Program-made: the position numbers and the translations under genes
Shown here: positions 24,219 to 30,255 of the stretch, piece by piece
How the letters are laid out: every line of letters starts with the position of its first letter
Position numbering within the stretch: position 1 is the stretch's first letter
Notes under the pieces: generated by a model
What the model was told of the DNA's origin: nothing
What the model saw: the letters and a program-made list of their open reading frames with translations, nothing else
Database searches by the model: none
Virus record (IMG/VR): IMGVR_UViG_3300006802_000040
Length of the DNA: 37,105 nucleotides
Origin: a virus
Strand: one strand, 5' to 3'

Positions 24219-24606
24219 GGCGTGCACGCAATGCGGCAAATGCTGCACAAACGTAATGTATATGAACACGCTGGACATCGACGGCGCGGACGTGAAGCGC
24301 TGGCGGCGGCAGGGCAGATATGACATCCTCGCGCATATCGAGGTGATTGGACGCACCAAGGCCGACCCGTGGGCTGATGCCTGGTTTACTAAGGCGGGCA
24401 ACAGCGTGAAGCGGTGCCCGTTCGTGCGCAAGGTCCGCGGCACCGATCGCTACACTTGCACCATCTACGACACTCGCCCGCAGGTCTGCCGAAGCTATCC
24501 CCATTCCGTCGACCAGATGGCGGCTGACGGGTGCGAGATGCTTGAGCCGGGCGACACAGATGCCGATATAGCCCGTATCATATCGGCAAAGGCGGCGGCG
24601 CGATGA
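24214..24606 (+). CDS. YkgJ/FliB-family CxxCxxCC cysteine-cluster protein, 130 aa
   Basis: N-terminal CTQCGKCC, then RCPF, then YTCTIYDTRPQVCRSYP. This is the classic UPF0153 (PF03692) pattern. Confidence 0.8.
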   Translation: MKACTQCGKCCTNVMYMNTLDIDGADVKRWRRQGRYDILAHIEVIGRTKADPWADAWFTKAGNSVKRCPFVRKVRGTDRYTCTIYDTRPQVCRSYPHSVDQMAADGCEMLEPGDTDADIARIISAKAAAR

Positions 24607-24607
24607 A
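24579..24607. repeat. Direct repeat, copy 2: CATATCGGCAAAGGCGGCGGCGCGATGAA
   Basis: See copy 1. Both copies encode ...AKAAAR-stop overlapping an ATG. Confidence 0.85.
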
Positions 24608-24992
24608 CATTGAAGCAGAATTGCTGATCCTGAAAACGAACCTCGACGAGGTGTATCGTAAGATCAATGCCGAGACTTCGCGCTTCCGTGAATGCATGTA
24701 CGACTTCGGGGATGAGGTTTTGGCCTTGATGGACAAGCGCGCCGTGCTGCAGGCCGCCAGCCAAGGCTACGAGATCGGCACGGTGGTCCGCTCCAAGCGG
24801 CCACTCGTGTGGAACGGCAAGCTGACCGATGACCTCCGCATCAAGATTTCGCGGATCACGAGCGGATTCGAGTCGACAATCTGGCACTGCTACGGCCATG
24901 TCGAGATCAAGTCGGGGTGGAGCAAGCGCGAGATCATTTTCGATCCGTCGTGGTGCGAGATCGAGAAGGCGCCAACGATTGCCAACGATTGA
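24603..24992 (+). CDS. Hypothetical cargo protein, 129 aa
   Basis: ATGA overlap with the upstream gene. Visibly lower GC. It is the last gene before attP. Confidence 0.55.
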   Translation: MNIEAELLILKTNLDEVYRKINAETSRFRECMYDFGDEVLALMDKRAVLQAASQGYEIGTVVRSKRPLVWNGKLTDDLRIKISRITSGFESTIWHCYGHVEIKSGWSKREIIFDPSWCEIEKAPTIAND

Positions 24993-25067
24993 ACCGATTC
25001 GGCCCGCGTTTTGTTGGCGTCAAGCGCGCGAGAAAGCCAGGAACGACGCGGTTTTTGCGCCGACTCG

Positions 25068-25117
25068 CTTGCTTCGGGAGCAAGGGGTCGCGAGTTCGAA
25101 TCTCGCCGCTCCGACCA
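25068..25117 (+). other. attP core: 3' part of a tRNA-Pro(CGG) gene (anticodon arm, variable loop, T-arm, 3' acceptor, CCA)
   Basis: Reads cttgc-TTCGGGA-gcaag gggtc gcgag-TTCGAAT-ctcgc cgctccg-a-cca. The complementary 5' acceptor (cggagcg) and the D-arm are absent upstream, so this is a fragment. It lies ~850 bp downstream of int. Confidence 0.75.
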
Positions 25118-25195
25118 ATTAAATCAATGGCTTGTCGTTTTGAGCCAGTCTGGCGCCAACGATACCACCAACGATACGCTCCTTCATAGTCTTGC

Positions 25196-25492
25196 TCAAT
25201 CGGGCAGCTTCACAACGCTACCGTCAGGGTTCATGCGATACAGGTATCGGTCATTTAAACGCGCGACAGTGGGCTCATTGTTCATGCGATATCGATGTTG
25301 CCGCCATTCCTCGGCCAGCGAGCGGATACGGTCAGCATCGTTGGTCGAGTTCAAAACCGCGCGGTCGCCTTCATCCGTGATTGTGTCAGCTATGTGCGAC
25401 AGCAGCAGCCCCATTCGGTCGAGCAGATCGGCAGCCGAATGCGTGCCCAAGTGGTCTACCAGCTTCAATGCCTCATAGTTGGCCTTGGCCAT
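25196..25492 (-). CDS. Hypothetical cargo protein, 98 aa
   Basis: ATG 25492 lies 7 nt after GGAGG. The track's longer form overlaps the upstream gene and is Arg/Cys-rich. Confidence 0.55.
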   Translation of the reverse strand: MAKANYEALKLVDHLGTHSAADLLDRMGLLLSHIADTITDEGDRAVLNSTNDADRIRSLAEEWRQHRYRMNNEPTVARLNDRYLYRMNPDGSVVKLPD

Positions 25493-25502
25493 CGTCCGCC
25501 TC

Positions 25503-26126
25503 CTACCTAGTTTTCCGTTTGCTTCGATACGGGCGCCCCGATGGCCCAAACACGTTGATGAACGCTTGCGGTGAGCGAAGCCGCAGCAACTCGCGCATAC
25601 CCAGCTCGCCCGCCTCTTTTCGCGCCTGGAACACTGCCGAAACATTGGTCTCGTGTTCGTGCGAAAACCAGTGCCGCCGGCCTAACGCGTGTTCGTCTTT
25701 GCTCAACTCCCGCTTGGGCCGCCCGGCATCACCACCAGAGCGAGACCGCGCCAACTCGTCCAGGCACGCGGCAATCATCTTGTCGCGTTCGCGCGCGTTG
25801 GACGAGTGCAATCCGGTGGATATCTCCACGATTTTGCAGCCGTGGTCCTCCAGGTCGTGGAGCGCGCGAAACAGCGCCTTGCGTGGCGTCTCTTTCCCGC
25901 GTGGCGCATAGATGGCGCGCAGCTTCGTGACGGCAATCGTGTCGCCGGGCCGGGCCTTTTTCAGCAGCCACGCCCAGGTCTCGCGCGAGCGACCTTTGAC
26001 CTGTCGGCCATCAACGACGATATCGGCAGGCAAGACACCAAACGACGCAAGCGCACGCTCCTGCGTCGGTGCAGGGCTTTTCGGGTACGCGCTGACCCAT
26101 CCTATTGTGAGTGTCGTGCTGTGCAT
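25503..26126 (-). CDS. Divergent serine-recombinase (resolvase/invertase)-like protein, 207 aa
   Basis: GDTIAVTKLRAI, LHDLEDHGCKIVEISTG and ...GGDAGRPKRELSKDE plus a C-terminal HTH-like region parallel Hin/Gin. The N-terminus, however, reads TIGWVSAYPKSPAPTQE rather than GY-RVS-T-DQ. Confidence 0.45.
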   Translation of the reverse strand: MHSTTLTIGWVSAYPKSPAPTQERALASFGVLPADIVVDGRQVKGRSRETWAWLLKKARPGDTIAVTKLRAIYAPRGKETPRKALFRALHDLEDHGCKIVEISTGLHSSNARERDKMIAACLDELARSRSGGDAGRPKRELSKDEHALGRRHWFSHEHETNVSAVFQARKEAGELGMRELLRLRSPQAFINVFGPSGRPYRSKRKTR

Positions 26127-26151
26127 AAAATTTATGTAGCAGCATTTTCGT

Positions 26152-26180
26152 TTGACCGCAAGCCTGGAATGTGCAATAAG
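26152..26180 (+). promoter_or_regulatory. Putative promoter of the cargo operon (TTGACC-N17-AATAAG with TGn extended -10)
   Basis: -35 at 26152-26157 and -10 at 26175-26180. It would produce a ~300-nt purine-rich leader. Confidence 0.35.
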
Positions 26181-26493
26181 CTGTTCTCAACAACAGCAGC
26201 GCATCGCCGATCTAGGCGCCGCGCGACAGACGGAGACTGCCGGTGGCTCATTTGAGAACGTACGCCATCAGCCACGGCCATTGGACAGGCATTAGTTGTT
26301 CGTGCTGCAACGGCAATCGAGCGAAACGGAAGGCGACCAAGGAACCAGTTTCAGGAGCAGCGGGGAGACCGGACGTACCCAGCGTGAGGGCGACGAGTGA
26401 AGGCGATACACGTAGTGCCACAACGGCCCAGGCAATAGCGCAACACCCTACCGGTGACTTGGTTGGCGGGGACTTCAGAGTAACGGAACCGCC

Positions 26494-26799
26494 ATGCTAA
26501 TTAATGCGAGACCGACGATGGACATTTTAGCCAAGTTAGACGAGCAGTCCGAGTGGTACAGCGATGGCCACGGCGAGTTGCACAAGCAGGCGGCTGCTGA
26601 GATACGCCGTCTGCTTAAACTGTGCGAGCCGTCCGTGTGGACCTGCGAGCATCATGAGGGCGAGTCCTTCTCCTGCCCCGATGACGCTATGGACGGCGCC
26701 GCACCCGGCGATTGGTCCGTGCTTGAAGGTTGGGCGCGCGTCACTGTCGTGCGGGCCACAGTGCAGCCAGATGACAGCGTTCACGTTGAAACGATTTGA
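26494..26799 (+). CDS. Hypothetical cargo protein, 101 aa (or 93 aa from ATG 26518)
   Basis: First ORF of a four-gene plus-strand operon. No clear Shine-Dalgarno sequence. Confidence 0.45.
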   Translation: MLINARPTMDILAKLDEQSEWYSDGHGELHKQAAAEIRRLLKLCEPSVWTCEHHEGESFSCPDDAMDGAAPGDWSVLEGWARVTVVRATVQPDDSVHVETI

Positions 26800-26814
26800 G
26801 CACGAAAGGCCACA

Positions 26815-27048
26815 ATGATGATTGGCAACTTGGATGGGCTGAACACGCTTGGTATGACGCGTCGTCTATACGAGGACATGCCCGGCGCTCCGCAGCCGTC
26901 CGTTGGAGACCGCGGCACCATCATGTGGAGTGAGGTCGAGGGCACGCCGATGTATAAATTCTGCGAGCGGATCACCGCTGAAATCATGGGTGCGGCGTAT
27001 GCCGCGTTTCATGACGCGCGGAACACCGCAAACCACACTGATCGCTAA
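26815..27048 (+). CDS. Hypothetical cargo protein, 77 aa
   Basis: Preceded by GAGCACGAAAGGCCAC (a GAAAGG ribosome-binding site). Confidence 0.5.
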   Translation: MMIGNLDGLNTLGMTRRLYEDMPGAPQPSVGDRGTIMWSEVEGTPMYKFCERITAEIMGAAYAAFHDARNTANHTDR

Positions 27049-27069
27049 TCAGCACGAAAGACCACGAGC

Positions 27070-27297
27070 ATGCGCTGTCGGCACGAGCCCCGCGTCCTGT
27101 ATGTGCTCAACCGGCAGAGCCTCGCTGTTATGGTGCTGGCGCCTCATCGAGCGCAGGACTGGCGAGTTTGCGTGAAGTGCGGGCATGTCGGATTGGCGTC
27201 GAAACGCACAGGCAAGGTGCACTGGCGCAGCTATGCTGACCCGGAGCTGGTAGCCAAGGCGCAGCGCTGGAATGAGTGGGCTGCGAAGCAGGATTGA
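27070..27297 (+). CDS. Hypothetical cargo protein, 75 aa
   Basis: Preceded by CAGCACGAAAGACCAC. Contains CVKCGH. Confidence 0.5.
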   Translation: MRCRHEPRVLYVLNRQSLAVMVLAPHRAQDWRVCVKCGHVGLASKRTGKVHWRSYADPELVAKAQRWNEWAAKQD

Positions 27298-27318
27298 ACA
27301 CGGACGAGAAAGGCCCCA

Positions 27319-27522
27319 ATGAAACCGAGGTTCCATCTGTACATCCACGCACCCGGTTGCGAGCCTGGGCTGTACGCGACTCTCGACGATGTCGATGCGC
27401 TGAAACGGATGACGCGTGAGAACCCAGACTTCACTGCGCCGTTCAGGGATGGTCGTCGTGTGAAGTGGTGGATTGTGCAATTTAACCCCGGCGAAGTCGT
27501 CGCCGAAAGCAAAGCGGAGTAG
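27319..27522 (+). CDS. Hypothetical cargo protein, 67 aa
   Basis: Preceded by ACGAGAAAGGCCCC. Confidence 0.5.
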   Translation: MKPRFHLYIHAPGCEPGLYATLDDVDALKRMTRENPDFTAPFRDGRRVKWWIVQFNPGEVVAESKAE

Positions 27523-27606
27523 CCCCGATGTGTCGGCTCCATCATCACGACCCGACCACGAGGATCATCCCCGACAGCGCGGCGCAACAAAAGCAGAACG
27601 GCCACG

Positions 27607-27837
27607 CTAGATTGGCAACCGTTCGCCAAATGCCTTGATGGCCTCGATCGCTGTCAGCTTGCCCGTCGCCACCAGGATCAGCGCCCCGACGATCATCGCG
27701 ATCCCATAGGCGTAGGGCAGGAGCTCCATCCACGGCACGCCGAGGCGGCGGCGCTCTTCGAGCTTCGATAGGCGGCGGCCATGATCCTCCACGGTCGCCT
27801 CCAATCTGCCAATCAGGCGCGGTATTTCGTGATTCAT
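27607..27837 (-). CDS. Small membrane protein at the end of the lysis cassette (holin/antiholin candidate), 76 aa
   Basis: Amphipathic N-terminal helix followed by one TM, LLPYAYGIAMIVGALILVATG. Starts 4 nt after the lipoprotein stop. Confidence 0.45.
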   Translation of the reverse strand: MNHEIPRLIGRLEATVEDHGRRLSKLEERRRLGVPWMELLPYAYGIAMIVGALILVATGKLTAIEAIKAFGERLPI

Positions 27838-27840
27838 TCA

Positions 27841-28035
27841 TTAGACGCGCTCCCGCGCCGGGCAGATGGCCTCATAGGCCCGGTTGTGGCCTACGATCTG
27901 TCGCTTGGTCTCATCAGTGTCGCGGGTCGATGCTCGGATAATCTGAAACGACGCGCACGAGCTGTCCACGAGCATCTGTGCCGGTGCACATCCTGTGAAA
28001 ACAAACGGAAGCACCAAAGCCACCATCGATCTCAT
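27841..28035 (-). CDS. Lipoprotein, o-spanin (Rz1-like) candidate, 64 aa
   Basis: ATG 28035 follows GAAGGA. MRSMVALVLPFVFTG|C is a signal peptide plus lipobox. The mature part, C...ASFQIIRASTRDTDETKRQIVGHNRAYEAIC, has conserved-looking Cys residues. The track's longer N-terminus is unlikely. Confidence 0.6.
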   Translation of the reverse strand: MRSMVALVLPFVFTGCAPAQMLVDSSCASFQIIRASTRDTDETKRQIVGHNRAYEAICPARERV

Positions 28036-28051
28036 GTGATATATTCCTTCT

Positions 28052-28552
28052 ATGGAACGCATCACACACGCAAAACTGATTGAACTCCTTCGGTACGATC
28101 CCACAACAGGCCAATTTTATTGGCGCAAGAAACGTGGCCGTCATCAAACCGCGACAGATGTGCCAGCCGGAACGCTGCACCGATCCGGATATGTTTACAT
28201 CAGAACTTGCGGTCGCAACTACACGGCGCACCGCCTTGCCTTGTTCTACTCATCAGGCGAGTGGCCGTGTGAGCAAGTTGATCATGCAAACGGGAATAGA
28301 TCAGACAACAGACTTTGCAATTTACGCCTCGCTACCCGCGCCCAAAACCTGCGGAACATCAAACGCAAGATCACAAACAAGTCAGGTGTTAAAGGCGTGC
28401 ATTGGTGTAAGCCAGCAAACAAGTGGCGGGCATCCATTGTGATTGACGGAAAGAACATTCATCTTGGCCTGTTCACATGTAAAGATGAAGCCGGAAAAGC
28501 ATACAGCGCTGCGGCGATCAAATTCCACGGGGCGTTCGCGCGGCACGATTAA
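28052..28552 (+). CDS. HNH-AP2 homing endonuclease (HNH_3 + AP2 DNA-binding domain), 166 aa
   Basis: YDPTTGQFYWRKK...GYVYI...YTAHRLA...VDHANGNRSDNRLCNLRLATRAQN, then GVKGVHWCKPANKWRASIVIDGKNIHLGLFTCKDEAGKAYSAAAIKFHGAFA. Opposite strand to its neighbours. Visibly lower GC. Confidence 0.85.
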   Translation: MERITHAKLIELLRYDPTTGQFYWRKKRGRHQTATDVPAGTLHRSGYVYIRTCGRNYTAHRLALFYSSGEWPCEQVDHANGNRSDNRLCNLRLATRAQNLRNIKRKITNKSGVKGVHWCKPANKWRASIVIDGKNIHLGLFTCKDEAGKAYSAAAIKFHGAFARHD

Positions 28553-28770
28553 TCTCGGAAATGTTTATCCCGCAGCCGGTCAGGAGGGAGCTTGCTAGCG
28601 CTGCGGCGAGCAGCATCGGCTTTCTGTGCATTCTGGTTGCTCTTCGCTTCGACGCGCGCACGCTCCTCGGTTACGGCTTTGGATTTGATCGAGGCGACCC
28701 AGCCCCATATGGCGAGCAGGGCCACGCCGACGATGCTGGCTTGCCCCGTCAAGGTTCGCATAAACATCAT
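28549..28770 (-). CDS. N-terminal-TM protein with charged helical tail (i-spanin/Rz-like or holin candidate), 73 aa
   Basis: ATG 28770 overlaps the endolysin stop (ATGA). TM segment ASIVGVALLAIWGWVASI followed by KSKAVTEERARVEAKSNQNAQKADAARR. Confidence 0.5.
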   Translation of the reverse strand: MMFMRTLTGQASIVGVALLAIWGWVASIKSKAVTEERARVEAKSNQNAQKADAARRSASKLPPDRLRDKHFRD

Positions 28771-29489
28771 GGCTTGCGGCTCCACCACAGGAACGCCAGC
28801 ACACCCGCCACGATCAGCACAGGCACGCCCCAGGTGATGAGGTCCACGCCCGAGAGCAGTTGCCCGGCATTGGCCTTGACCGCTACGGCAGTGCTCGTCA
28901 CGCCTGCAGGATCGGCCAGCAGCGCACCGCCGCCGATGAGGCCAGTTCCACCCACTGCCGCAGCGCCAGGGGAAACGGCGGGCGGCTCCTCGACCTTCTG
29001 GGCCATCGGCTCGGGCTCGGCATCCTCGGGCGGGGTCAGGAATAGCGCCCGCTCAGCCGAGCGCCGCCGCGTGAGCCCGCGAAGGACGGTCATTTTGCCG
29101 TTCACGCGCGCCTTGTTCCACATAAGGAAGGCTGCTGCTGCGCCTTCCACGTCGCCCCGGTTAAGTTTCCGAAGGATTGTGGACTTGCCTAGCGCGCCGA
29201 CGCCGCAGTTGTATGCAAAGCTCACCAGTGCGTCGAACTGGTGCTGATGGATCGGCACCGTCACAAGCCGCGTGACGGCTGCCTCGCACTCGGCCAGCTC
29301 CCGGCGCAGACCTTCCACGGCTTGTTGCTTCGTCCAGGTCATCCCCGCCTTGACGCCCTTGGTGCAGCCCCAGCCGATCGTCCACACGCCAGCGGGGCAG
29401 CGATAGGCGATGCAGCCGCCGTCTTTGAGCGGGCGCAGGTAGCCCTCGAAATCTTTGATCAGATCGAGGCCGCGCTCTGAAATGATCAT
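28767..29489 (-). CDS. GH24 (T4/P22-type) lysozyme with a C-terminal hydrophobic membrane anchor, 240 aa
   Basis: The N-terminus starts directly with the catalytic domain: ERGLDLIKDFEGY...AGVWTIGWGCT...FDALVSFAYNCG. A Pro/Ala linker follows. The C-terminus is AAAVGGTGLIGGGALLA...LITWGVPVLIVAGVLAFLWWSRKP. Confidence 0.85.
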   Translation of the reverse strand: MIISERGLDLIKDFEGYLRPLKDGGCIAYRCPAGVWTIGWGCTKGVKAGMTWTKQQAVEGLRRELAECEAAVTRLVTVPIHQHQFDALVSFAYNCGVGALGKSTILRKLNRGDVEGAAAAFLMWNKARVNGKMTVLRGLTRRRSAERALFLTPPEDAEPEPMAQKVEEPPAVSPGAAAVGGTGLIGGGALLADPAGVTSTAVAVKANAGQLLSGVDLITWGVPVLIVAGVLAFLWWSRKP

Positions 29490-29716
29490 GCCGCCCCCTT
29501 CAGCAGTCGCTTGTCGATCTCGATGGCCTCGATGGCTGCTAGGCGGTTTCGCGCGTCGGCTAGCTCGCCGTGCATTCGCGCGAGCTGTTCGGCCATATCG
29601 GCGATTAGTTGCTCGACCTCGAGCGGCAGCGTCTCAGCGCGCACCTCCGTGGTGTGTTCGTGGCGAACTTCCCGGAGCTTCTGGCGCCATTGCCTCGAGG
29701 CTACGGGTTCGGCCAT
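29486..29716 (-). CDS. Small coiled-coil protein upstream of the endolysin, 76 aa
   Basis: ATGA overlap with the endolysin start. No TM segment. Confidence 0.45.
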   Translation of the reverse strand: MAEPVASRQWRQKLREVRHEHTTEVRAETLPLEVEQLIADMAEQLARMHGELADARNRLAAIEAIEIDKRLLKGAA

Positions 29717-30246
29717 GTGATCGCCCCATAAGCAGCGACAACCGCCGCAGGATCGGACGCATCACTGATTGCCTTCTTAGCAAGTAGCCGGGTGCGCTCG
29801 ATGGCGCCTGAGAGCTGGGCAAATTGCTCGTATTTCTGGATTACAAGCAGGGCGCACCCCCACAACGTCGGCGCCTCGATGCCGACCGATGCCGCCAGCG
29901 TCGGGAATTGCGCGGTGCGCTGCTCCGGCGTCAGGGCGTTGGCTGCGGCCTCGCCGAGCACTTCCACCGCCTGCGCCTGCTGGTGTTTTTCGGTGTAGGT
30001 CATGGCCATTCCCGCACCAGGCGTGATGTAGCGCAGGCGCACGCGCTCGGCGTCCTCCTCCACCCGGTTGCGGTAGATGGTCCTGACGCGGTCGAGCGGC
30101 CACGTCTCAATGTGCCATTCCTGCACGATGGCGTCAGGCGTTTCGGTGTAGGTTGCGACTGCGTTCTGATACCGTGGGTCGAATGCCGGAGGCGGCGTGT
30201 CGATCTGGGGTTTCACAGATGGCGGGGCGTCCAGTATTTCGCTCAT
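29701..30246 (-). CDS. Tail-fibre assembly/chaperone-like protein (DUF4376-like, tentative), 181 aa
   Basis: GAGGA Shine-Dalgarno sequence. Lies directly after the tail-fibre gene. RNRVEEDAERVRLRYITPGAGMAMTYTEKHQQAQ resembles that family (recollection). Confidence 0.45.
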   Translation of the reverse strand: MSEILDAPPSVKPQIDTPPPAFDPRYQNAVATYTETPDAIVQEWHIETWPLDRVRTIYRNRVEEDAERVRLRYITPGAGMAMTYTEKHQQAQAVEVLGEAAANALTPEQRTAQFPTLAASVGIEAPTLWGCALLVIQKYEQFAQLSGAIERTRLLAKKAISDASDPAAVVAAYGAITWPNP

Positions 30247-30255
30247 GGTTGGTCC

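Noticed and set aside
25041-25117. Possible complete tRNA-Pro gene.
   Set aside because: Only the anticodon arm through to CCA folds. The 26 nt upstream contain neither the complementary acceptor strand (cggagcg) nor a D-arm. It is therefore annotated as an attP tRNA fragment.
26127-26260. Invertible promoter segment controlled by the adjacent resolvase-like protein.
   Set aside because: The only inverted repeat found is 8 bp (GTTCTCAA/TTGAGAAC). Nothing resembles the 26-bp hix/gix-type sites, and the recombinase may be catalytically inactive.
26243-26500. 85-aa GTG-initiated ORF in the purine-rich leader of the cargo operon.
   Set aside because: It has no Shine-Dalgarno sequence and uses a GTG start. 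Its composition (Ser/Thr/Ala/Gly/Arg-rich) follows from the purine skew, and it overlaps the next ORF's start. The call remains ambiguous, so I kept it as a possible leader or ncRNA rather than a CDS.
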